Source: Planctomycetota bacterium
GTDB taxonomy: Bacteria > Planctomycetota > UBA1135 > UBA2386
NCBI GenBank assembly: GCA_965228735.1
Contig: OZ245838.1
Location: 5,088,001-5,152,000, forward strand
Length of the DNA: 64,000 bases
Reading direction: 5' to 3'
Position 1 is the stretch's first letter. Each line of letters begins with the position of its first letter. The position numbers and the translations under genes were made by a program. The notes beneath the pieces are model-generated. The model searched no databases and was not told where the DNA came from. It worked only from the letters and a program-made list of their open reading frames with translations. Positions 37,955 through 48,200 of this stretch are shown here, in pieces.

Positions 37955-38677
37955 ATGGCTAAGGGGGGGATCTTCTCGGCGCTGCGCTATCTCGGCCGGA
38001 CGCCGGCGCGTCGTGCAGCGCACGCCGACGGCCGACCGTTGCGGCGACCGATCGGCAGCTGGTCCGACGAGGTCCGGACCGTGGCTCGACAGCGCCGCGG
38101 CCGACGCCGCCAGCCGCTCTGGCCCAGGGTGCTCGGTTGGGTGTTGGTGAGCATGGCTTTGACGGTCGCCGTCACGGCTGAGTATCCGATGGTGCGGGCG
38201 ACTCGTGGACCTATATCGGACGCCGGCCCCGGTTGCCTGTTGGCCATCGGGTCGGTCACGGCGGTCGCGCCCGAGGGGCCGGTCGACGCGGTGCCGGAGC
38301 AGTTCACGTGGTGGACCGACAGCGCCGCGGCGCCGTTCACGTTGGTGGTCTACGATGCGAGCTTCCGGGAGGTCGGCCGCCAGTCGGGCATCCGTGGATG
38401 TTCGGTTCAGCCGGCCGCCGAGCTCGTTTCCGAACTCGAACGCGGCGGCGTGTTCTACTGGGCTGTCGAGTATCGCGTGGCCGCACCGGCGGGCGCCGAG
38501 CCGCGCCCCATGGTGGAATCCACGGTCGCATCGGAGCGTCCGCCGGCGACCGATCCGGGGGCCGAGGTGGATGCGGCCGCAACCGGCCGGAACGGCACGC
38601 AGGGCGCGTTCTCGGCAGATCCGGGTCGGTCCGGACGCGTGCTCCGGAGCGCCGTCACGGAAGTGCGAATTCCCTGA
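37955..38677 (+). CDS. Hypothetical membrane-anchored protein (start uncertain)
   Basis: TM segment then PEGPV..P.QFTW...FTLVVYD...GGVFYWAVE, an FN3-like pattern. Confidence 0.5.
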   Translation: MAKGGIFSALRYLGRTPARRAAHADGRPLRRPIGSWSDEVRTVARQRRGRRRQPLWPRVLGWVLVSMALTVAVTAEYPMVRATRGPISDAGPGCLLAIGSVTAVAPEGPVDAVPEQFTWWTDSAAAPFTLVVYDASFREVGRQSGIRGCSVQPAAELVSELERGGVFYWAVEYRVAAPAGAEPRPMVESTVASERPPATDPGAEVDAAATGRNGTQGAFSADPGRSGRVLRSAVTEVRIP

Positions 38678-38801
38678 CGGAAAGCCCCGATAGCACCGCT
38701 CAGTCGCAGTCCGGATCGCTCGTAACTCAACTTAGCGGAAGGGGATACCGAAGAGTTGGGCGCGGGGACTCGCCCTCGCAGACAGCAACTGGGATTTGCG
38801 G

Positions 38802-39731
38802 ATGATGAAGCTAGCGGTAGGAGAAGTACTCCAAGGCTACCGGATCACCCGTTTCCTGGGCCGCGGCGGCTTCGCTTCGGTCTACCTCGCACAGAACGAG
38901 GAGTCGGGAAACAAGGTGGCTATCAAGGTCGGGGCGTCAACCGGGGGTGGCCGTCAGGTGACCCGTCTCCTCGAGGTCACCTCCCGGCGCACGCCGGACG
39001 GCATCAGCCCGGACGAACTGCCGGCCGAAGCCGTGTTCATCGAGGCGCAGGGCGTGCGCATCGACCTGTTCGACGAACAGGAGATCCGCGCCATGCTGCA
39101 GTCGGAGGGCGACCTGCTCGCCAACAGCGACAGCGACAACATGGTCAAGCTGATCGATCGGATCTCGGTCGACGGTGAGTCCGTGCTCGTGCTCGACTAC
39201 GTCCGCGGCAAGACGCTGCGCGAGAAGATCCGCAGCCTCGAGGGCATCCACCTCAACTGGTTCCTCGCGGTCGTGCGCGCGCTCATCGGGATGCGCGATT
39301 CCGGCACGCTCGAATACCACGGCGACCTCAAGCCGGAGAACGTGATCGTCAAGCCGAGCGGCAAGGTCGTCATGCTCGACCCGGCGATGCGCATCAGCGA
39401 GCGCCGCATCGTCACGACGACGCCGCACTACAACCCGCTACTGCTCACCGAGAGCAAGGCGGATGTGATGGCGATCGGGATCATGATCTACGAGATCCTG
39501 ACCGGCACGCTGCCGTTCGACGAAGTGCCGTGGGAGTTCGCCGGGCACCAGAGCGGCGGCGAGACGCAGCGCCTGTCGCTGAGCTTCTTCTTCAGCTACA
39601 GCCCGCCGCACGTCCTCAACCCGAAGACGCCCGAGGATCTCGAGAAGATCATCTACCGGTGCATCACGGTGAAGGACTACGGGCTCGACGAGCTGCGCGA
39701 CGACCTCGAAGCGTTCATCGCGAAGGTCTGA
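38802..39731 (+). CDS. Atypical Hanks-type Ser/Thr protein kinase
   Basis: LGRGGFASVY, VAIK, HGDLKPEN, ADVMAIG..YEILTG..PF; DFG replaced by DPA. Confidence 0.88.
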   Translation: MMKLAVGEVLQGYRITRFLGRGGFASVYLAQNEESGNKVAIKVGASTGGGRQVTRLLEVTSRRTPDGISPDELPAEAVFIEAQGVRIDLFDEQEIRAMLQSEGDLLANSDSDNMVKLIDRISVDGESVLVLDYVRGKTLREKIRSLEGIHLNWFLAVVRALIGMRDSGTLEYHGDLKPENVIVKPSGKVVMLDPAMRISERRIVTTTPHYNPLLLTESKADVMAIGIMIYEILTGTLPFDEVPWEFAGHQSGGETQRLSLSFFFSYSPPHVLNPKTPEDLEKIIYRCITVKDYGLDELRDDLEAFIAKV

Positions 39732-39757
39732 GGGCGCGGCTGCGGCTGCGGCTGCGG

Positions 39758-39940
39758 CTATTTCACGACCGGCACGGTCAACCGGTCCGACCCTTCGAAC
39801 TGGGTGCCATCGAGCATCCAGTCCTGGAAGTAGAACGTCACCGGGTCGACCCACGACGGGATCGGGCAGCTGCAGACCACGTTGTTGCCGATCCCAAGCT
39901 GAGGCGGCCGAGGTAGCCGTTGATGTCGTCGACGAGGGCA
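39758..39940 (-). pseudogene. Frameshifted C-terminal remnant of a secreted-protein gene
   Basis: ALVDDINGYLGRLSLG, then after a shift IGNNVVCSCPIPSWVDPVTFYFQDWMLDGTQFEGSDRLTVPVVK*; GC3-rich codons; no proper start. Confidence 0.45.
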
Positions 39941-39965
39941 TCGCGGCTTCTCGCCGGGACGCCCG

Positions 39966-40997
39966 CTATCGCTTGCCCCGGTCCTTCGCGGCCTTCCGCA
40001 GTTCCGCCAGCTTCCTGCGCTCGACCTCGAGCTGGGCCCGGATCTTCGCCATCGCGGCCTCGAGTTCGGCGATCTTCGCCTGCGTCACCGTCTGCGCCAT
40101 CGCCAGCGCCTCGGCCTCCTCCGCCGCGATCGCGGCCTTCGCCTCGGCGGTCGGTTCGGCAACGGGTGGCTCGACGACGATCGGTCCGGCGACGATGACA
40201 GGTGGCACGACGGGCGGCGCGGCGACCGGTTCGGCCACCTGCGTCGCATACGTCGTGTGCGCCGCGGCCCGGCTCGCCCAGTGCAGCTCGCCCGCGGGGT
40301 CGCGCAGGCCGACCGCGTCGATCTCGTTCCAGCCCTTCACCTTCTCGCACGCGAACGTGAGCTTCACGCGCTCGGCGACGAATCCGAGCGGCACGTCGAC
40401 CTTCAGCACGCGGCCGGTCATGCGCAGTGGTCCCGGGTTCGCGTTGTGCCACAACTCGACCTCCTCGCCGTTCGGCCGAAAGATCGACACCGCCACGATC
40501 GCGCCCGGATTGAAGTTCTCGTGCACCTCGATCGCGGCGATGCGCACGGGCCTCTCGTATTCGAGCAGCAGCCACTCGCCCTCGTCGTTCTCGCCGAGCG
40601 TCGCGTAGGCCGAACGGTGATCACCGTGGCCCGGAGTGTCGGGCTTGCCGCACGCGGCCTCGGGCCCCCACGGCCGGTTCGGCTTCGCGTAGTCGGGACC
40701 GTCGCGGAACACGAACCAGTACGGCGCCTGCCAGACCCAGTGCCCGGCCGGGATGTCGCGCTCGTCGCCACACTTGCCAACAGTCGCGCGAAAGCCACAT
40801 TCCTGGCGTTCGGGCAACGGCCGCTTGGCCGGCCGGAACTGCCGCAGCAACATGCCGTAGCGGCCGTCGGCCCGCGCCTTCCGCCCGACCTCGAACAGGT
40901 CCGTCACCTGCGTCTGCGCGCTCGCCACGGCGGCGAACGAGGCGACGACGGCGAGCGTGACGAGAGCGAACGGCTGGCGACGCGGCAACGCGATCAT
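39966..40997 (-). CDS. Secreted protein with a discoidin/galactose-binding-like domain and C-terminal coiled coil
   Basis: Signal peptide; WGPEAACGKPD, EWLLLEY, ENFNPGAI, GWNEIDAVGL; start 40997 or 41024. Confidence 0.7.
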   Translation of the reverse strand: MIALPRRQPFALVTLAVVASFAAVASAQTQVTDLFEVGRKARADGRYGMLLRQFRPAKRPLPERQECGFRATVGKCGDERDIPAGHWVWQAPYWFVFRDGPDYAKPNRPWGPEAACGKPDTPGHGDHRSAYATLGENDEGEWLLLEYERPVRIAAIEVHENFNPGAIVAVSIFRPNGEEVELWHNANPGPLRMTGRVLKVDVPLGFVAERVKLTFACEKVKGWNEIDAVGLRDPAGELHWASRAAAHTTYATQVAEPVAAPPVVPPVIVAGPIVVEPPVAEPTAEAKAAIAAEEAEALAMAQTVTQAKIAELEAAMAKIRAQLEVERRKLAELRKAAKDRGKR

Positions 40998-41144
40998 GAC
41001 GGCTCCTGCGGGGTTGGGTCGCATGGTAGCGGGTGCGCTACCGGTCGTCAGAACGGGCACCCGGGGGGTCGGGTTCCCGGATTCCCCTCGATCCCGCCCG
41101 AATTCACTGCAGCCGAATCCAGCGAGCCGCGCAGGGATCGGCCG

Positions 41145-41747
41145 TCAGATCACGAACGGCTGGTCCCCGCACTCGGGCGAGTAGTACTTGATCCGCATCG
41201 GCGACACCTTGCCCGTGGCCTGGTCGAACACGTTCACCTCGTCGAGGTCGCGCCCGTAGATGTGCAGCGAGATCGACTGCCCCTCGCCCGTGTTGCCGAT
41301 GCGGTGGATCTCCTCGTGGGGCGGCAGCAGATACGCGACCGAGCCCTTGCCGACGTCCGAGCCGCGGCCCTCCTCGAGTTCGGCGTAGCCGGGGCGGGAG
41401 CCGTCGTCGAGCCGCTCGTAGCCGACCTCCTCGAGGGAGCCCTCGAGGATGCCCATGACGCCCCAGCACGAGTGGTCGTGGACCGGGGTCATCTGGCCCG
41501 GCATCCAGACCAGCGACAGCACGATGAAGCGGTTCTTGGGGTCCCGGTGCAGCAGGTGCCGGTTGTAGGCGTCGGGGCTGCCCACGCGGTGGCGCTCGGC
41601 GAGCCAGCGATCGTCGGCGCACAGCTGCTTCGTGGCCTTGCTGACCTCCCGGATGATGACCCGGTCGGACGGCCGCCGGTCGAGGATGCCCTCGACGGCG
41701 TGAATGTAGTCCTGGAGGCCGAAGCGGGGGGTCGAAGCTGTGGACAT
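41145..41747 (-). CDS. Cysteine dioxygenase family protein
   Basis: YNRHLL, WMPGQMTPVHDH, EIHRI, SISLHIYG. Confidence 0.9.
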   Translation of the reverse strand: MSTASTPRFGLQDYIHAVEGILDRRPSDRVIIREVSKATKQLCADDRWLAERHRVGSPDAYNRHLLHRDPKNRFIVLSLVWMPGQMTPVHDHSCWGVMGILEGSLEEVGYERLDDGSRPGYAELEEGRGSDVGKGSVAYLLPPHEEIHRIGNTGEGQSISLHIYGRDLDEVNVFDQATGKVSPMRIKYYSPECGDQPFVI

Positions 41748-41812
41748 GCGGAAAATCGTCGGGAAGATGGGGGCCGCGCGGCCGTCCATGACCGGCCGCA
41801 CCCGCTGGAATT

Positions 41813-43159
41813 ATGCACAAGCACCGTAGTTTCCAAACTGGCCATCCCAAGGCGCGGCTGCCGAGGGTCGGGGCTCTTCTCGTGGGCGCTCTGCTGTCGG
41901 GTTGCTCCACGATGTCACTCGTGGAGGAGAGCCAATGGAACGCCGATCGCGGCCAGCACTACCGCGCGTTCCAGCTGATCGACGACGAGCGGCAGGCTCG
42001 GCTCGAGCAGGCCGGCCCGGTCGATCCCGAGTTCGAGCGGCTGTGGCAGGACCGCCGGCGCGTGTATTTGCTCGAGATGGCCCGGCGTTACATCTTCCTC
42101 GAGTACGAGCGCGAGGCGCTGCGGATGCTCGGGGCCCTCGAGGCGGTGCAGCCGGACAACCCGGAGATCCCGCTCCTGCGCGAGCGGGCGATCTACAAGC
42201 TGGCAGAGCGCGAGGCGGAGAAGGGCCGGGTCTTCCTCAGCAAGCAGATGCTGACCGAGGCGATCGCCCACTTCCTCGAGGCGGAACGCATCCTGCCGAC
42301 CCTGGCCGCGGCGCACGAGGGGCAGGCTGCCGTTCGCGAGCAGGTCGACAAGCTCACGGCGCGCGCACAGCAGCAGTTCCTCGAGGCGCTGCGCAAGATG
42401 CCGCAGTTCCGCTACGCCGAGGTCAACTGGCACTCGTCCAACGCGGTGCTCAACGACCCGGATCGGGAGGACGCCGAGGCGTTGCGCGCCCGCGCGCAAC
42501 GGGAGCTCGCGCTCGCGGCGGTCGAACGCGGCGAGGCCAACGAGCGCAGCGGCGAGTTCGGCGCGGCGCTGATGGAATACCGGCTCGCCAAGGTGCGGAT
42601 GGAAGAACTGCCCGAAGAGGCGCAGATGGGCGAGCTGGCGCGCATCGACGTGCACATCGCCGACGTCGAGCGCGAGCTCGGAGCGCAGAAGCTCGCGGAC
42701 ACGGCGCAGATGCGGATGCGGCAGAAGCGCTACGACGACGCGCGCGCGGACCTCGAGAAGGCGTTCGAGATGTCGGTGCTGCTGCGGGCCGAGATCAGCG
42801 AGCTGATGATCCAGAACCGCGAGATGCGCGGGCTCGACGACTATCAGAATGCGCGTGACCTCGAGATCCAGGGCAAGAAGGCGGAGGCCGCGGCCGCGTT
42901 CCGAGCGCTGGCCGCGACCTTCCCCGACGGCCTCGAGGACGAGCAGGTGCGGGCCGAGGTGCTGCAGTCCGACATCGACGCGTGCAAGACGGAGCTCGCG
43001 GCCGCCCGGGCCGCCGAGGCCAAGGGCGAGCTCAGCGAGGCGATCGAGCACTACCGCGCGGCCCAGCGCTTCTACGAGCGCCTGGCCGATGCCGAGGCCA
43101 AGATCGCAGAACTCGAGGGCAAGCTGGCCGAAGAGGCCGTCAAGAACGGCGGCAGCTGA
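41813..43159 (+). CDS. TPR-repeat lipoprotein
   Basis: Lipobox LSGC; all-helical TPR-like repeats. Confidence 0.75.
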   Translation: MHKHRSFQTGHPKARLPRVGALLVGALLSGCSTMSLVEESQWNADRGQHYRAFQLIDDERQARLEQAGPVDPEFERLWQDRRRVYLLEMARRYIFLEYEREALRMLGALEAVQPDNPEIPLLRERAIYKLAEREAEKGRVFLSKQMLTEAIAHFLEAERILPTLAAAHEGQAAVREQVDKLTARAQQQFLEALRKMPQFRYAEVNWHSSNAVLNDPDREDAEALRARAQRELALAAVERGEANERSGEFGAALMEYRLAKVRMEELPEEAQMGELARIDVHIADVERELGAQKLADTAQMRMRQKRYDDARADLEKAFEMSVLLRAEISELMIQNREMRGLDDYQNARDLEIQGKKAEAAAAFRALAATFPDGLEDEQVRAEVLQSDIDACKTELAAARAAEAKGELSEAIEHYRAAQRFYERLADAEAKIAELEGKLAEEAVKNGGS

Positions 43160-43206
43160 ACGCGCCGTAGCGGCCGTCGGCTGCCATAATGAGCGGCGTG
43201 CGCGCG

Positions 43207-45102
43207 ATGTCGCTGGCAAGCCGGTTCATGCTGACCCTCGTGGTCTCGGCCGTGCTGCCGTTGCTGCTGTATGGCTGGTTCTCGCTGCGCGGGATGCGGG
43301 AGCAGATCGACGAACAGGTCGTGCGCGTGTTCTTGCCGCAGCTCGCGGCCGACTATGCGCAGAAGATCGAGGCGCACCTCGACCGCATGGACCAGTCGTG
43401 CGCGCTCGTGCGGGAGATCGCTCGGCGGGCGCTCGTGTCGGACGCCGAACTCGCGGCGTTCTCGCGGCAGATCGAGTTCGTGCCGGACCTGTTGGAGAAC
43501 CAGGTCGATCTGCTCATGGTCGCCGACGCCGATGGCAGAGTCGTCTACTGGGAGGACGGCTACCGGCTCGATCCCTACGTCGGCGAGCGGCGGGCAGCGC
43601 TGATCCCGGAGTCGGTCGCCGACACGGATTGGTTCCAGCGCGCGCGCGAGCTCGGCGGCAAGGTGCATGTCGAGTGGGGGCGGTCACCGTACCTGTACCG
43701 CGGACTCGGCTACCGCTCGATGGATCCGGCGAGCTACCACCTCGGGCTGGCACTCGACGTGCCGCAGGTCGGTGGTGAGTCGGGATCGTCGTCGGGCGTG
43801 CTGTTCGCGCTGCTGCGCTGGGCCGAGGTGCAGCGCGAGCTCGACGAGGCGCGCACGGTCCTGACCAAGACCGCGGGCCTGCCGTCGGCCGCCGTGCTGC
43901 TCGTCGGGCAGAACGGCATCGTGCGCGGCCACACGGATCGTTCCCGCTACGGCCTGCCGCTCGAACCCGGCGAGCTCGCGGCGACGATCTGCTGCGCGAC
44001 CGAGCAGGGGCGGTCGTCGTTCGTCGACGCGGCCGGAACGCCGTGGCGCGTCGGGTTCGCGCCGGCCGGCACGGGCGACGAACGTTCGTTCGTCGTCGGC
44101 GTCGTCGTGCCCGAGGCCGAGCTGTTCGCCGAGTCATCGCGCTTCGAGCAGGTGCTGCTCATGGCGATCGCGGTGACGATCGCCGTGCTGGTCTTCTGGT
44201 CGCTCGTCGCGTCGCGCGCGATCGTTGCGCCGGTGCGCGCGCTGCTCGGCGCGACCCGACGCATCGCGCGCGGCGACCTCGAGGTCTCGGTGCCGGCGCG
44301 CGGTGGGCCGGAGCTCGGCGAGCTCGCGATGGCGTTCAATCAGATGGCCGGCGAGCTCGCGGAGGGGCGTGAGATCCTCGCGGCCGCCGAACGCGACCAG
44401 GCCTGGGCCGAGATGGCGCGGCAGGTCGCGCACGAGATCAAGAACCCGCTGCAGCCGATGCGCCTCGCGGCGCAGATGCTGCAGCGCGCGCGGAAGGACG
44501 GCGACGCTCGCGCCGAGCAGATCGCCGAACGCCTCGCCAAGACCGTGATCGAGCAGACGGGTGAGCTCGATCGCATCGCGGGCGAGTTCCGCGCGTTCGG
44601 CGGGGTGCCGCAGGCGGCGCTCAGTCCGGTCCGGCTCGACGACTGGCTCGGCGAGCTGCGGTCGCGTTGCGCCGGCCTGTTCGCGGGCCGCGAACTCGAG
44701 CTCGAACTGCAGACCGGAGCCGGCGACGCCGAGGTCGCGCTCGAGAGCAACGCGATGGCCCGCGTGTTCGTGAACCTGCTGCAGAACGCGATCGAGGCCG
44801 CGCCGAGCGGCGTGTGCGCGGAGATCCGATCGAGCGCGGGCGACGAGGACGAGGTCGCCGTGCACGTGATCGACAACGGTCCGGGCGTGCCCGCCGAGGT
44901 GCGCGGACGGCTGTTCGACCCCTACTTCACGACCAAGTCGTCGGGGACCGGACTCGGGCTCGCGATCTGCCGCCGGCTCGTGGAGTCGCAGGGCGGCAGC
45001 ATCCGGCTCGTGACGTCGCGGCCGGGGCACACGGAATTCGAGATCCGGCTGCCGCGGCTCGGCGAAGAGCGGGTTGCGGGCCGGAACGGTGCGGCGGACT
45101 GA
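43207..45102 (+). CDS. HAMP-domain sensor histidine kinase (NtrY-like)
   Basis: Two TMs, periplasmic region, HAMP; WAEMARQVAHEIKNPL, NLLQNA, DNGPG, FTTK, GTGLGL. Confidence 0.93.
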   Translation: MSLASRFMLTLVVSAVLPLLLYGWFSLRGMREQIDEQVVRVFLPQLAADYAQKIEAHLDRMDQSCALVREIARRALVSDAELAAFSRQIEFVPDLLENQVDLLMVADADGRVVYWEDGYRLDPYVGERRAALIPESVADTDWFQRARELGGKVHVEWGRSPYLYRGLGYRSMDPASYHLGLALDVPQVGGESGSSSGVLFALLRWAEVQRELDEARTVLTKTAGLPSAAVLLVGQNGIVRGHTDRSRYGLPLEPGELAATICCATEQGRSSFVDAAGTPWRVGFAPAGTGDERSFVVGVVVPEAELFAESSRFEQVLLMAIAVTIAVLVFWSLVASRAIVAPVRALLGATRRIARGDLEVSVPARGGPELGELAMAFNQMAGELAEGREILAAAERDQAWAEMARQVAHEIKNPLQPMRLAAQMLQRARKDGDARAEQIAERLAKTVIEQTGELDRIAGEFRAFGGVPQAALSPVRLDDWLGELRSRCAGLFAGRELELELQTGAGDAEVALESNAMARVFVNLLQNAIEAAPSGVCAEIRSSAGDEDEVAVHVIDNGPGVPAEVRGRLFDPYFTTKSSGTGLGLAICRRLVESQGGSIRLVTSRPGHTEFEIRLPRLGEERVAGRNGAAD

Positions 45103-45204
45103 GTCCGAGCGGGCTCGACGGCGGAGTGGCGCGGAGATTCCCGCGACAGATAACCCCTGCCGCGGGCCACTTCGGTCCGCCCGGCCCGCCCCAAGGCCAA
45201 GTCC

Positions 45205-48200
45205 ATGCGAAACCGACTCTCCGCCGTTGTCGTCATCGGCGCCGTGCTGCTGACGGCGTTCTTCGTCTGGTGGTCCACGAGCGGTGATCCGGAATCCTCG
45301 TTGGTGCCGGACCCGGGCGATCCGACGGCGAACTCCGACGCGGGCCTCGCGCAGGGTGATCTCGCGGGTAACAGCGGTGTCGCGACCGGCGGCGTCAGCA
45401 CGGCTCCGGCGCGCGAGGACGCGACGATCCGCGGCCCCGAGACCGGCGTGCGCGGCATCGTGCTCGACGCCAAGACCGCGCGCCCGCTCGGCGGCGTCGA
45501 GGTGATCGCCATCAAGGATCAGCCGTCCATCGAGCCGCTCATCGCGCGCTTCCGCGGGCTGTTCCAGGACGGGATGTTCGTCGAGACGCGCGCGCCGCGC
45601 CGCGAGCTCGGTCGCACGATCAGCAACCCGGACGGCACGTTCGAGATCAAGGGGCTGACCGCGGGCACGGTGTTCCTCGACGGCCGCAGCGACGGCTGGT
45701 TCGTGCGCACGCCGGGGCAGGCGCGGCTCGCGACCGGCGAGATCAAGGACGGGATCGAGCTGCGCGCGTCGCCCGCCGGCCGCGTTCGTGGCGTCGTACT
45801 CGGACCCGACGGCGCCCCCGCGGTCGGCGCGGCAGTGAGTCTGCGGCCCGGAGTGAACGCGTTCCTCGGTCAGATGACCGAACGCCAGTACCGCTGGCTC
45901 GAGACCGTGACCGACGAGAACGGTCGCTTCGACCTGCCCGGCGTGCCGCAGGGTCGCGGCTACACGGCGACCGCGGCGGCGCCGCAGCTCGCGCTCGAGG
46001 AAGAGCACGGCGTCGACGTGCGGCCCGGCCAGGTGACCGAGCTCACGCTGCGCTGTCATCAAGGTGCGACGATCCTCGGGCGGGTCATCGACGAGGACGA
46101 CGCCCCGGTCGCCGGCGCCGCAGTTGCGCTCGTCTACCTCGATATCAGCCGCATGCTGCTGTCGGCCGACGGTCGTTCGGAACCGCTGCAGTCCGACGAG
46201 GACGGCTACTTCCGGATCGAGAGCGTCGCGGCCGGGCGGGTCGCGTTCGTCGCGGTCGCCGAGGGCTCGGCGCCGAGCAACATCGCGGAGCTCGCGGTCG
46301 TCGACGGCGGCGTCTACCCGGACATCGTGTTGCAGACCGGCGTTGGCGCGGTCGTGCGCGGTCGCGTCGTCGACGATCAGCAGCAGCCCGTCGAGGGCGC
46401 CGAGGTCGTGGTGCGTCCGTTCGAGCGGTCCAACGACCCGCAGTTCATCAAGATGATGCTCAAGATCCGCAAGCTCGCGGCGACGACGGCGGCCGACGGG
46501 TCGTTCGAGGTCGCGGGCATGACGGGCGAAGCGATGATGATCCAGGCGAGCAAGCCCGGCTACACGACGGCGATCAAGACCGGCGTGAAGCTCGATGCCG
46601 AGGACATCGTCGTCGAGGTCCAGCGCGGCGCGACGATTCGCGGCGTCGTGACGAGCGGCGGCGAGCCCGTGAAGCGCTTCCGGGTGGACACGCGGACGCG
46701 GGACATCCCGAAGGAGGAGCAGGATGGCGAGGCTGCGGAGGCGTCGGGTCGGCGCGAGCGCAACCGCGATCGGCGGCGCGGCCCGCCGTGGGCACGCGGC
46801 ATGCGCGAGCGCACGCGGCAGCTGCCCGAGGGTCAGCAGATGGGTGACCGCGGCATGGACGGCAACTGGCGCGAGATCAGCGCCGAGGACGGCACGTTCG
46901 AGCTCACGGGCATCCCGCCGGGCCGGATCCGCGTGCGCGTTCGGGCCGAGGGCTTCGTCAACGCCGAGTCGCAGACCGTCGACCTGCAGCCGGGCGGCAG
47001 CAGCGACGTGCTCGCGTTCGAGATCGCGGCTGGGCAGACCGTGACCGGGCGGGTGATCGACGGCGCGACGGGGCGGCCCGTGAGCGACGCGCAGGTGACG
47101 GCGTATCGACAGCGCGGCGATGACGACGACGGCGGCCGCGGGCGCGGCATGTTCCGCGCCAACATCGACCGCGAGGACTTCGACTTCCTGGGGCTCGCGG
47201 CCGGGCGCAGTCAGCGCACCGCGATGTCGGACAGCACGGGTGCGTTCGAGGTCACGGCGATCGAGCCGGGGCAGTACCGCTTCACGGCGCGGCACCCGGA
47301 CCTCGCGAAGTCGTCGACGACGGACGTCGAGGTCGTCGCCGATCGCGCGACCGCGCCCGTCGAGATCGTGCTCGATGCCGGCGGCGGCGTCGAAGGCACG
47401 GTGACGGGGGTCGGCATGCGGCCGCTGCCGGACGCGCTCATGGTCGCGTTCAGCATCCAGGCCGGCACGATGCGCAGCAGCACGAGTGACGACGTCGGCT
47501 ACTACCGCATCGACGGTCTGCCGCCGGGGCAATACATCGTCTTCAAGTCGCGCATGGACGAGCGGGCCGACAACATCGGCCTCGAGCTCATGAGCAACAT
47601 GCGGCTCAAGACGGTGACGGTGCGCCAGGGGAAGATGTCACGGCTGGACGTCCACGACGTCGGCGAGGACGGCGTGCGCGTCTACGGCGTGGTGCGCGAG
47701 AACGGCGTGCCCGTGCCTCGTGCGCTCGTGACGCTGCTCGGCAGCGATCGCGATGGTCTGCTCGGCATGGGCGTGCGCGCCAACGCGGCGGGCATGGACG
47801 GGCGCTTCGAGCTCGAGGGCATCAAGCCCGGCGACTACGTGATGCAGGTCAGCCGTTTCCAGGGCCAGCCCGTGCAGACGACGTTCGAGATGGAGGTGCC
47901 CGACGACGTGCGCGACCTCCGGTTCGACATCGAGCTGCCGACGAGCACGATCACGGGGCGCGTGATCGACACGCGCGGCAACCCGGTCGAGAACTTCCCC
48001 GTGACGCTCGGGAGCGACGAAGGCGCGCTCGCGAGCGCCGGCGGCCTCATCGGTGTGATCGCGGAGAACGGGCTGAGTCAGGGTCGGACGGACGACAACG
48101 GCGAGTTCGAGCTGCGATCCGTGGCGTCCGGCACGTATCGCCTGACCGCGGGCCGGCGTGGTGGGCCGGGTGGCGGTCGACGTGGTCGGCGTTCGAACGA

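Noticed and set aside
39736..39760. (GGCTGC)n microsatellite as a phase-variation tract
   Set aside because: Only about four units, intergenic between convergent 3' ends, and unremarkable at this GC content.
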